This document shows, piece by piece, positions 52,493-64,000 of a DNA stretch of 64,000 bases. The DNA lies in NCBI RefSeq assembly GCF_963921235.1, contig NC_086103.1, positions 87,668,001-87,732,000 on the forward strand. Direction: 5' to 3'. The DNA comes from Mobula hypostoma. Lineage: Eukaryota. The notes beneath the pieces are model-generated. The model saw only the letters and a list, made by a program, of their open reading frames with translations, was not told the origin of the DNA and did not search any database. Each line of letters starts with the position of its first letter. Within the stretch, counting starts at the first letter, position 1. A program made the translations under genes and the position numbers.

Positions 52493-52907
52493 AAGGGGGT
52501 TGTTTTGCTGTTACTATTTTGTTGCTTGTTGTGTTCTGCGTTGTTCTGCCAAGCATTGTGGGCAGACTATGTTGGCGCTGGAATATGAGGAGTCACTTGC
52601 AGGAGACCCAGCACATCCTTAGTTGTGTTGGTGTTATTGCAATACAACGTTGCATTTCACTGTACGTTTCAAAACAGGCTGATGAAGAGGTCCCCCAACC
52701 AACACTCCCACCACCACTCCATGAACTATGTGCCAGAAGGTCAGGACTATATGACTTAAGTGCAAACACATATGCATGCATTACTAAATGACAATAAAAG
52801 AGAACTGTGTGTCTTCATAATCTAATCTAATCTAAGTGCAACCAGAATTTGAGAAATATCCCTTTCAAATACTCAAAGGGGGGCTGCAACCTCCGTATGA
52901 AGGATAC

Positions 52908-53085
52908 TGAAACTTCGGTTTGTGATCTCTAGGTGCCAAAGGTTTATCCTCAAGTCATCGGCCGACATGTAGGTCTCATAGTCGCTATTAACCGAAATGG
53001 AGTTGATGTGATATGTGTGAGCATTGGCAAACACTCTTCTGGGACTGGCCTCCACCATTAGATCCATGGGTCTCAGCACTGGCAC
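52908..53085 (-). CDS. PPP2R2B: PP2A B55 regulatory subunit (best match beta), internal coding exon, 178 nt
   Basis: Encodes [59 protein letters not shown](N); acceptor ttgtccccag, donor gtatcctt; splices in frame to the 48136-48300 exon. Confidence 0.93.
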
Positions 53086-54422
53086 CTGGGGACAAGAACA
53101 CACAGCACTTGAGCATCAAGCTGCAAGAGTTCAGCAGAACAATGTCAAACAGCCCTTCACATCATGGTCCCAATAACTCTCCAGCCTCAAGATCGTGATC
53201 TCCTCCAAAAAGAAATAGGTGAATTCAAACTCTCGAGTGGCAGGAACCGATGTCACATGTCAAGGTGAAAAGTGCAAGTTTCTGGTTACTATCTATTCAC
53301 AAAAAATTGTCTGTCTTGTACCAAAGACAAAGTGTTCATTCGATAGTTAGAAAGTTATACAACATGGGAACAGGCCTTTCAATCCAATTCATCCAAGTTG
53401 ACCAAGGTATTATCTGAACTCAAACTTCACTTCAAAACTCAAAATAAGTACATTATTTAAGTACATATACGTCATGATATACAACCCTGAGATTCATTTC
53501 CTTGTGAGCATTCACAGTAAACACAAGAAACACAACAGAATCAAAGAACAACCATACTCAACAGGATGGACAAACAACCAATGTGCAAACGACAAAAAAC
53601 TGTGCTAGTACAAAAAGAAAGTAAATAATAATAATAATAATAAATAAATATGCTTCGAAATAATTCCTATCCATGTAGTTGTTCAAATGTCTTCTTAACA
53701 TTGTAATTGTGCCTGCTTCTGTCAGTTTTTCCTGTATGGCCATTATTCCTTGTATGAAAAAGATTCCCCACAGGTTCCCTTTAAAATTTCTTCTCTCACT
53801 TTAAACCTAAATCCTGTAGTTTTAGACTCCGCTATCCTGGAAAAGATTTGAAATCCTCTACATTATTAACCCCCCTCATGATTTTATAAAACTCTAATTG
53901 AAGGTACTTTCTGTTTTACAACAGCTACAGAGCCCTGCCATTCACTGTCTTGCCCTGCTTTAACTTACCAAAATACATCACTTCACACTTGTCCAAGTTA
54001 AATTCCATCTGACATACACTTTGCCCACTTTCCCAGTTGATCTAGATCCTGTTCTACCCCAATCTTTTTCACTTAACCAACTTTACAGAACAAGCCCACA
54101 GAATCAACCCAGTATTATTTTACAAGCAGGGAGGAAAATGTATACTATATAATCTGTCAGATACTCTTCTTGGAATCTGACCACTTCTTTAAAAGCACTT
54201 CAGTCCTCAAGAGTATCTTACGAGGTAAACTTAAAAGACAACAGTAACTATTAGGGGTAAAAAAAAGGGAAAACCTCTTCATGCGTTCCTCTGATAGGTT
54301 AGACATTAACCTTTCCCCACATCAGGAACACATTCCCTCCCTGTTCACTTTCTGTAACTTTATATCTCACAGAAATCATTGAGCAATTTCTTTTTTGCTT
54401 CTCTCTTAACCAAAGTAATAAA

Positions 54423-54604
54423 ATTAAAGTTGGGATGAAAAGAAGAGGAGGGAGTGAGGGACGGAACAAGGGAGAGAGGTTGATTAAAGTTGGGATGAAG
54501 AGAAGAGGAGGGAGTGAGGGACGGAACAAGGGAGAGAGGTTGGTTAAAGTTGGGATGAAGAGAAGAGGAGGGAGTGAGGGACGGAACAAGGGAGAGAGGT
54601 TGAT
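54423..54604. repeat. 60-bp tandem repeat, 3 near-identical copies
   Basis: attaaagttgggatgaagagaagaggagggagtgagggacggaacaagggagagaggttg repeated at 60-nt spacing. Confidence 0.97.
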
Positions 54605-54679
54605 CATCCACTGAATCTCACAGCCCACTGTGTTTGCACCAGCTCTTCAAAACACTTCTCTAAAATTTCCAACTATATA

Positions 54680-55890
54680 GTCACACTGAACCCAGCAATA
54701 CCCTAACCGTTATATAATAAGAGTACACATGCAGTATTATATCTGTGTTTTACAATGTTGGACTGTACCCAGCAATACCTTACCTGTCATATAATAACAG
54801 AGTGCATCTGCAGTAATATACCTGTGTTTTCCTGTGTTTTACAATGTTGGACTGTACGCAGCAATACCTTACCTGATATATAATAACAGAGAACACCTGC
54901 AGTACTATACCTGTGTTTTACAATGTCGGACTGTACCCAGCAATACCTTACCTGTCATATAATAACAGAGAACACCTGCAGTACTATACCTGTTGTGACA
55001 AAAGAACCAGTTATCAGAAGATTGATGCCGATAAGAGGACAATGGGGGAACCTTCAAGAGATGTTAATGAGAGACGAGAGGGACTAACGGAAAGGAGACA
55101 CAGTTCCGAGTATTGTCAGAGACCGGGGCTTTGAACCCTGAACTGTTTGAAGTTTGATGGAGAAGCGATACCCCAGCAGGGGGATAAAAAGGGACAGGTT
55201 CGCTAAGGCAACAGACACACGACTCCACGAGGTAACGAGACCTTGAAAGCGGTGTGCCCCCCCACTAGTTGGTGGGAGTATTTGGAGGTCTGGACGCGGG
55301 ACCAGCCATAGACGCACAGGGTAGAAAGGTACGGATCGGCGGGAACCTGGTGTATGTGTCCACCCTTGCCTGGGTGCTAGGTTCACTGCAGAAGAACGAT
55401 CGTATCTGGAACGGAGGGGTCACAGTCGGTGACCTCAGAAGATATACAAAGGGCTCGCCCGAAAGCTGACTGCGAGGAATACCGAAGGTCTGTTGGAATC
55501 CGATTTGAATATTCATTCGTTCTCTCTCTTCCTCCCCCCCAACGGCACAACAGTGATTACTGTGAACTGAACTGAACTCAATTGAACTGAACTTTGCGTC
55601 ACTTGAAACTGGTCATTTACCCCTAGACGGCGATAGAGCTTGATTGATCCTATTATCCTAGTTCTGTGTACATGTGTGTATTATCATTGCTAACCTGTTG
55701 CATTTATTATCCTTTTGATTAGAATACTGTGTTGCTTATTTCTTTAATAAAACTTTCTTAGTTCCAGTAATCCAGACTCCAACTAAGTGGTCCATTTCTG
55801 CTAGTTTGGCAACCCAGTTACGGGGTACGTAACACTGTGTTTTACAATGTCGGACTGTACTTAGCAGTACCGTTCCCGGTATATAATGCT
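54680..55890. repeat. 79-bp minisatellite (about 5 units) split by a solo LTR
   Basis: Unit starts at 54743, 54822/54832, 54911 and 54990; the interrupted unit continues at 55835. Confidence 0.9.
54994..55834 (+). mobile_element. Solo LTR (841 bp), probably Gypsy/Ty3 type
   Basis: TGT...ACA termini, exact 4-bp TSD CTGT, TATA-like box near 55183, AATAAA at 55746. Confidence 0.9.
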
Positions 55891-57289
55891 AATCTGTACA
55901 CAGCAGTCCTAGTAAGGATCAGCCAACTTTCTTTTCAGATAATGGGAAGCCCCAAATCATTTAGAATTACTGGCAAGCTAAGAAAGATCCCAGAGATTTA
56001 TGGCCTGCTTTGTGAGATGGGGGGGCGGGGTGGGATTTAGTGCAGAAATATAATTGATCTTTGGGATGGGTGATGAGGGATAAAAAGTCCAAAGACCCAG
56101 CAGGGAAGCAAAGCCAAGTGTGGACCCTGCCAAGGAAGAGCTGTGTTCACCTAGTTGTCTCACATCATTAACCACTGCAACATTTGCAATATAGACCTTG
56201 CAGGTAATACTTCCCATGATCTCTGTGGATGATGGGCTCAGTAATACAAAGATATTTCACACAAGTTACTTCATAATAACATCAGAGAGAGCAGAGCTTG
56301 GGGCAAGGAACATATATCACAGATACAGAACGGAGCTAGAGATAGTTAATCACTGTGGAAGGATGGAAAATGGAGTTCGACAAGAATCAACATGGGAACA
56401 ACAATTTACATTTTCCATTTAGACTCTGGAATTAAACACCATCTCTAACGTTGCAGGTATCACCAAATTAGAAGAGAGCAGGGAAGGGTGTGTGTGTGTT
56501 TGTGTGTGTGTGTGCGTGTGTGTGTGTGTTTGTGTGTGAGAGTGAGAGTGATTGAACATGTACACACGTATCTCAATTTAAACACAGGTGTTGGGTAGTT
56601 GTTAAAAAGCAGGAGTAAAGTGCAACAGAACAGTGAGTGTACCAGCCTTCAGTCTGAAAGACATAGCAGCTAATTTTCCCTGACAAAAATCAATGATGCA
56701 TCATTTGATGTGTTTGGGTACTGCTGAGTTGCTAGAGAACTGGGTTGAGATGCTTGCTTAGAGATAAGGCAAACCCGAGGCAGCTGCCTCCATGGGAAGA
56801 GGGCATTAAAACCTCAGCAGCAGATCTGCTGGTGCAACTGAGACAGTCCTCACTGAATTACTGAATGAAATCCAGTGACCCATTCCTAATTAGTCTTGCA
56901 CCTTCAAAGCTCTCTGAGTGCAATGAATCAAGCACCGATGAACACTGCTCAGTATCTACAGCAAGTTCAATTACCTTTTGCATGTAATCCATGCTTTGCT
57001 GCTTTCCCTGGTTTGTATGCTAAGGAGATGCTCCAGGCGTGATGCCAGGATAGTTTGAGGAAAAGCCAGCATGCCTGATTGATCCTTTTTAACTCTTTGT
57101 TAACTCTAAATCTGTCTCACATTCTACTTTACAGCCTTTTTGGCCCCAAACACCACTCAGGCTGCTCAAAGTTCAGTTCTGGGATCCTTCTACGTGGCTT
57201 TAATAATGGAACTTCAGCATACCACTTTGTAAACAACTAAATTTACTTACCATAACAAAAGGACCAGTCAGCCCATTGGCTCCATGCTG

Positions 57290-57960
57290 GCTGCAAGTAG
57301 AGCTATTTCACAATTGGCTTATTATTGTCCATGTGTCAGGATGCAGTGAAATACTTCTGCATGCATGTCCTCATTCCATACATCAGCACCATGAGGTGGC
57401 ACGTAGGGGGAAATGGAGTTGCAGTTACAGAGAGAGTGCAGTGCAGGTAGACATTAAGGTGCAGGCATCACAGCAAGGGATGTTGGAAATCAAGAGTTCA
57501 CCTTTTAGCATGTGAGAGGTCTGTTCAAGTGTCTGTTAACAGCAGAATAGAAGCCATCCTTGAACCTGCTGATATATGCTATCAAACTCTTGCATCTTCT
57601 GCCGGAGAGGAGAGGGGAATGACTGGAATAGGAGGGGCCCTCGATTGAGCTGTCTGCTTTTCCAAGGCAGTGGGAAGTGTAAACAAAATCAACAGAGGGG
57701 AGGCTGGTTCGTGCGACGGACCAAGCTGCGTTCACAATTTTCTTCAGTTTCTTGGGTTGTTCCATAAAATATTCTCTCTTTCTTTGATTATTCTGCCACT
57801 TTCTTACTCTAAGTGTTAACTTATAGCAGCCCACTAACCTACCAGCATGTCTGTGGGACATGGGAAGATGAGGAGCAATTGATATGCTCTCAGGAAGAGT
57901 GTGCAAACTCCATCCTGGCAGGACTGAAGGTCAGGGTTGAATCTGAGTCACTAGGAATGT
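57290..57960 (-). mobile_element. Rex1/Babar-like LINE 3' fragment followed by a V-SINE-like fragment
   Basis: IVNAAWSVARTSLPSVD...SRFKDGFY; SINE-like segment at about 57800-57960. Confidence 0.55.
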
Positions 57961-58744
57961 GGTCTGATGGTTCTTGAGGTGTCAGCAATGGTACAGCATT
58001 ACTCAAATATGATTGGCAGGGATTTCAAAGGCCTGGCAAACCAGTACAGACACACAACAGCAATCAAGAATACTGCAGATATTTGGGGTATTCATCTACA
58101 AATCAAGCCCCAAGTTAAATCAACACTTGCAAACTGAAGTCTTATGATGAAACATCACCAATTAATAGGTCATTGGTTGACCGACTATTTGCTGCACATA
58201 GATTAGTCATACCTGCTTCTTTTACAATGACAACAGTTTTGTAAAACCAATTAATCAGCAGAGGAATCCTGAAAAGTGAAAGGGATGACAGGATGTCAGG
58301 CTTCATCAATAGGCAACTGCATTTTTATTTGTTAATAAAACAGACTTAGTGGCATATTATAAAATTATGGGGGGGGGGGTTATATTACGAAATGTCTAAA
58401 ACCAGGTGATCTGCATTTCAAGATGCAAGTTCAAAGGAGGTGTGCAAAGCAGATGTTTACACAAAGAACTGTGGGTGCCTGGAATGTATTGTCATGGGTG
58501 GTGGTGGAGGTTAATCCAATAGAGATGTTTAAGAGGCTCTTAGTCAGATCCATGAATGTACAGAGAATGGAGGGATATGGATGATGGGCAGGTTAAAGGG
58601 ATAGGGATCATTAATTTAATGAATTTGGAACAACATTATGGGCTGAATGGCCTGTTTCTGTGCTGTACTGTTCTATGTCCAGAATCAGATTTAATATCAC
58701 TGGCATATGGCGTGAAATTCTATTAATCTTACACACCAGGTATT

Positions 58745-59040
58745 ACATTAGTATAGCTAGTCAAACTGCAGCCTCTGAACCCGGGAACAGGTTCAATCTG
58801 GACCTCATGTTAAGTTCATTCTTTCTCTCTGAGTCTGCATGACTTTCCTCCCAGTGCTCCAGTTTCTCTCTACACCCCACAAACGTGGGTTAATCTGCCA
58901 GTGTAAATTGTCCCTAGTGTGCAGATGGGCAGAAGTGACGGAAAATAAAACATGATTAGTGTAAATGGGCGGTTGATGGCCAGCACAAATCTGATGGGTT
59001 GAGGGCTGCTTTCCATCTGCTTTAGCTGTCTGATTCTATT
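58745..59040 (+). mobile_element. V-SINE (HE1-like) element, decayed
   Basis: B-box-like ggttcaatc, V-domain-like tttcctcccagtgctccagtttc, gtaaattgtccctagtgtg and a CR1-like tail. Confidence 0.6.
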
Positions 59041-61074
59041 AACATTTATGAAACATGTAGAACAAATCTGAGGGTCGGTTTGATATTGATTAAGGGTTGA
59101 AAAGGGGTTGAAAAAGCTACAACTTACAAGTAATATCAAACAACACTGAATAATTTCCTGAAATTTTCTTTCTTCCCAGTAGGGCCACATTACTTTACAT
59201 ATCTAAGTTATGCCTCCACAGGGAGCATTCTGACCCAAATCAAAAGTCGTGGTTCCGACTCCCACTGCTGAGACTTCAGTGCAGAATAGAGGCTGAATTT
59301 CACGACATATGCCAGTAATATTAAACCTGATTCTGACTCAGGTGCTGTCCTTTCAATGCATCACTGTGCTGACATCTCTTGGCAAACTCCCACACTCAGT
59401 GTGAAATTTCTCCCTAACCCCACCCAGAACTCCCAGACCAAACTTATCTTCCTCTGGGACCTGGATTGACAGCCTTCTTTCCCTCCACTTTCCAGATCCG
59501 GCCCCAGCTCCTGATTTACCAGGGTCTCCACCCAAAATGTTGGCCATCCGTTTGCCAACAGAGATGCTGTTCAGTCTGCTGAGTTTCACACATTGAGAAG
59601 GCTAGAATGGTTGTTTCAGAACAATATTTTCCTCTGAGCACAGAGTGGCAAGCCAAGCACTAGAGCAAAATAAAGTAAAATGCTCCACGAAGAGCTACAG
59701 GGAATTATTTATTTCAATTGGGCCCTCTGTGGAAGAGAGTAGAATAAGTGATCTGAACTGCTCTGGTCATTGCTCAATGCTGTTGTTTTCTGAATTCATG
59801 ACTGGAATAATTGTGGATGCGCACTGTGATGGTCCTGTAAAGGCACAGATGAATATCTCGACCTGTGCTTCCAGGGAAAAAAAGACTAGATGAGAATTTT
59901 AAAAAAACATTGAGACAGATTAACACTCCCACAGACAGTCGGCCGGTTGCCAAAGACAAACAGCTGACATTTTCGACAGTTTAATGCCACCAATTTTATT
60001 TCCAGCTCACATTAGTGATGCAAAGCAGTTACTTAGGCACTTTTGAACCGTACGGGGAAAACAAGAAAGGACTATTTGGAGTGGAAAATGTTTGAACTGA
60101 CAGAAAGGATGAAAGGTCAATTTGAGATTTACAGAACTATGTCAGCTGCGTACCAGAAGGTTAATCCAATTTCATTCATGTTGATTTTTTTTTATTATTG
60201 TTGCCCATATTATTCAATTTCCTGCCACTCCCTGTTTGATTCCAGGACAGCATTAGAGGAATTCTGATGCAGGGTTTTGTTTTCGAGGATGAATTCAATC
60301 CTTTTAAACCAAATAATAAAAGAAATGAAGACTTAACCTGCAGGTCAGAATGATTCGCTTCTAAGTCTGCAGCACAGTCATTACTTCACTGGAAGACCGA
60401 GAGTGGGGAACAGTGCAGGTGAGAGGAGGGGGAAGGTAATGTTATCAGTGTAGCTAGTGGAAGATAGCTATTTGGGTAGCAAGGCCTCTTCCACTTCTAA
60501 AGGGGTTAGCTCCTGTTAGCTGACAACATTGTGGTAATTGTTGTCATGGCAACCCTATCATTTCAGCTGATAGGGTGAACAGCAGTGAAATATATTCAAT
60601 GTTAATGTTCTGTCTGCTTGAACTGTTGCTTATGTTGGTTTCTGCACTGCCCATTGTCTTTGTGGAAAGGACCTGTCGCTGAATAATGCCCGTGTACAAC
60701 CATGAGCCATATTCCTCTCCAGCATCCTCATTGTTGAGGGGTAACCATGCTTTATCCAATTTCCTAGTGCCACCAGCAGTGGTGGGACCCTCAATTTACC
60801 CTTGGGTGGAGGGTCTAGTTTTTCTGTAAAACGTCTCAAGAGTGCCTTTGTTTCCAGTTCATGGACCAGATAAATACAAGCTAGTCTTCATTCTCAGTAT
60901 TCCCCGAGAGTTAAAGGATGCAGTAAAATTGTAACAGAAGGAAAAAGGCAAAGGGTTTTTGCTCCACTGTATTGCAGATGATAGTATAAGAAGAAAATAG
61001 CACAAGAAATCCCTTTAATCAAATGGAAGGTAGAAATCAATGAACAGCAAACATGGCTGCATTAACATCTAAAC

Positions 61075-62515
61075 AGTTATCAATCTTTGTCAAAAATATT
61101 CTCAGAAACTGATCTTTGGCTAGTGAACTTTCACTATCCCCTGGATGAAGAAATTTCTTCCCATCTCTGTCCTTAATAGCTGACCCTTTAATTTTGAGAC
61201 TGTGACCTTTGAAGCTCAAGAGCGAACCAAGAGAAACGCACTCCCTGTATTTGCCCCTTCAAGCTCTGTAAAAACTTTGGACATTTCAGTGAGATCATCT
61301 CTTATTCTTCTGGACTTTGCAGAGTACAGGCCCACACTTCTTAACTTCCTATAGGAGAATTTCCCCTGTGCCAGGAATCAACCTGCTAATCCATTGTTGC
61401 ACAGGGAGGCTGTGACAGCTGCTTATGATTCATATCAAAGATTTAGATGAGAGGATCAAGTACAGTATGTCCAAGTTTCCAAATGATAGAGCGGTGGATG
61501 ACAGTCACAGTTCTGAGGAGAATACAGATAGGCTTCAGGGGGATGCAGACAGGCTCACTGAAAACAGGTAAATGGAAGGGCAGCACTAGAAAGACTGCAG
61601 GAGATATTCACCTGGATGTTGACTCAAATAGAGGGTGGTGGCTCTAAGAGGTTAGAAGGCTGGATTTATTCTCACCAGAACATAGGAGGCTGAGGGATGA
61701 CCTTACTGCAATTTATAAAATTATGAAGGTAATAGTACAGATAGTCAGAGCCTTTTTTCCAAGGAAGTCTAGAACCAGAAGGTATAGACTTGAGGTGCAA
61801 GGAGAGAAATCTAAATAAGATCTGAGTGGAAAGATTTTCATACAAAGGGCGGTGGTTATGGAATGAACTGCTAGAGGAGATGGTAGAGGCCAATACCATT
61901 ACAAAGCTTAAAGGGTATTTGGACAGACACAGAGTAGAGGGAGAAGGGTCAGACAAATGGGATTGGTGTATATAGTCATTGTCAGCATGCATGACGTGGG
62001 CTGAAGGGACTGTTTCTATGCTTTAAGATTCTATAATAATATATAAAATTAGGCAAAGAGAACATTTTTAAACATGAAAATTTGAAAGGAATTTGTTTTC
62101 AGGGGTATGTACATAATCACTGAAAGAACATCCATGTACAACAAGCATTAAGGAAGACATATTATATGTTCACCTTTAGTACAAGAGTGCATTTGTAAGA
62201 AATATCTTACTGCCATTATTTAGAACCCTGATTTTGTGCACTGCGCCAGTTCCTCAACTTGAGGAAGTGTATCCTATTATAGAAGATTTGTAACGATGGT
62301 TTAACAAGCAGATTGATGAGATAGGAGAACTCTTCTGTCAGGATTGATTAAGAAGTATGAACCTATGTATTCAGAGAGTTCAGGAGAATGAGAAGTGATT
62401 TCACAGAATCATCCAAAATGCTTACAGGGCTTGAGAGGGAGATGCAGGGAGCACACTGCTCCTGGCTGGGGTATTGAGCATGAGGGCACAGAATCAAAAT
62501 AAATGATCAGTCATT
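61075..62515. mobile_element. Several old CR1 fragments
   Basis: GHSLKIKG remnants and CR1 3' UTR similarity in both orientations. Confidence 0.6.
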
Positions 62516-62567
62516 AAGCATTAAGCCCACAGAAAAAGAATCTCAAGGTTGTATGTGGTGACACATA

Positions 62568-63365
62568 CAGTGCCTATACACACTATTCACCCCCCCGCCC
62601 GCACCACCTCCGGAAGTTTTCATGTTTTATTGTTTTACAACATTGAATCACAGATGATTTAATTTGGCTTTTTTGACACTATCAATGGAAAAGACCCTTT
62701 CATATCAAAGTGAAAACAGAGTTCTACAAACTGATATAAATTTATTACAATTATTAACCACAAAGTAATTGGTTGCATAATTATTCACCTCCTTCAAGTT
62801 ACTATTTAGTAGATGCACCTTTGGCAGAAATTACAGCCTTGAGTCTGTGTGTATAGGTCTCTAGCAGCTTTGCACATCTGGACATTGTAATTTTCCCCCA
62901 TTCTTCTTTACAAAACTGCTTAAGCTCTGTCAGATTGCATGGGGATCATGAGTGAATAACCCTTTTCAAGTCCAACCACAAATTCTCAATTGGATTGAGG
63001 TCTGGACTCTGACTTGGCCACTCCAGGACGTTAACTTTGTTGATTCTAAGCCATTCCTGTGTAGCCTTGGCTTTATGCTTGGAGTCATTGTCTTGCTGGA
63101 AAACAAATCTTCTCCCAAGTCGCAGTTCTCTTGCAGACTGCATCAGGTATTCCTCCAGGATTTACCATATTTTGCCGCATTCTACCTTCATAAAGCTTCC
63201 AGGGCCTGCTGCAGTGAAGCATCCCCACAGCATAATGCAGCTACCACCATACTTCATGGTAGGGATGGTGTGTTTTTGATGATGTGTGATGTTTGGTTTA
63301 TGCTGTACATAGTGTTTACTCTGATGGCTGAAAAGCTCAATTTTTGTTTCATCAAACCATAGAAC
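62568..63365 (-). mobile_element. Tc1-family (DD34E) transposon, 3' part
   Basis: TA|CAGTG terminus; LWFDETK, FQQDND and [12 protein letters not shown] motifs with 34 residues between D and E; frameshifted. Confidence 0.92.
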
Positions 63366-64000
63366 TGTTATGGTCTGGTTCGTAAAGTCCGCATTCCGGT
63401 TCATGGTCCGGTCCGTGTACTTGGGACTCCGGGTCTTCCAGCTGTCCCTCGTTTGATTGAGTTAAGCATAGGCACCTGATTCCCATCTTAGGGCTTGGAA
63501 TATAAGTAGCCTTGGGGTTATGTGTAGGCTGCTGGTTTATCTTGTCAGTCCCCCTTAGAGTAACCTGTTGATGGAAGGCTAGTGAAACCATTTGTGATCT
63601 CTAGGCCTGGTTGGATGAGCACTGCTTCATGAAGCCTTGTTGCCACTTGTTAGAGTAGTCTTTGTGGTATGGATCTGGCTGTTTCCTGGGCCAGCTGAGT
63701 GGCTGACAGCCACTCTGAGATAGGTAGGGATCTGGCTGTTTCTGTAGTCAGCTGAGGTTGCTGGCTGAACTGAGACTTGGAGCTTCCCTGGAGCAGAGAT
63801 GGAACTGTCTGTTCTTTGGTGTTTGTCTCTTGTCCTTGCCTCTGTTGGGTAAGTCTGGCTGTTTTGCTGTTACCTGATGGAGGAACATATCCCACCTGGG
63901 TGTGGAGATGAAGTTGAGTCCTGGCTCTATGTTGATGTCATGTCCAGTCTCATGTTAGTGTTGTGATAAAGATGAGTCCTGGTTTGTTGAAGGATAAATC
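63366..64000 (+). mobile_element. Probable LTR inserted in the Tc1 transposase (continues beyond the window)
   Basis: Abrupt switch at TGTTATGG, TATA-like aatataag at about 63499, short internal repeats; the far end is not visible. Confidence 0.55.

Larger units (their letters stand above)
48301..52907 (-). other. U12-type (minor spliceosome) GT-AG intron
   Basis: 5' splice site GTATCCTTC (consensus RTATCCTTT); branch-site-like TGCCTTAAT ending about 14 nt before the AG, with only a short U-tract. Confidence 0.85.

Noticed and set aside
51774-52622. Long ORFs of 127-260 aa
   Set aside because: Artefacts of the (GT)n repeat and the 339-N gap.
54423-55890. CRISPR-like array
   Set aside because: Head-to-tail tandem units with no unique spacers, in vertebrate DNA with no cas genes.
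53086-64000. Upstream B55 exon (DKTIKLWK...) or an SCA12-type CAG repeat
   Set aside because: Not found by eye in this interval; presumably beyond position 64000.

Overview
Eukaryotic (vertebrate) genomic DNA. The repeat families (CR1 LINEs with 8-nt tails, V-SINE-like elements, Penelope elements) suggest a cartilaginous fish, probably a ray; that is inference. The whole window lies inside one minus-strand gene for a PP2A B55 regulatory subunit, best matching PPP2R2B. Four internal coding exons (178, 165, 170 and 92 nt) splice in frame, and the intron between the first two carries U12-type (minor spliceosome) signals. The introns are dense with transposon debris: CR1, Rex1/Babar-like and Tx1-like LINEs, Penelope-like elements (PLEs), Tc1 elements and MITEs, a Chapaev3-like DNA transposon, solo LTRs, SINEs, minisatellites and a 339-N gap. 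The most notable hidden system is a dispersed family of at least 8 minimal type I hammerhead ribozyme motifs (consensus CAGUC-CUGAYGA-A-GGGUCUCGGCCC-GAAACGUC-GACUG) in the PLE terminal repeats. These also occur as short TSD-flanked non-coding units, including a palindromic double-ribozyme mini-element. Every copy here has at least one lesion, so activity is not shown. Repeat boundaries without a stated TSD or TIR are approximate.
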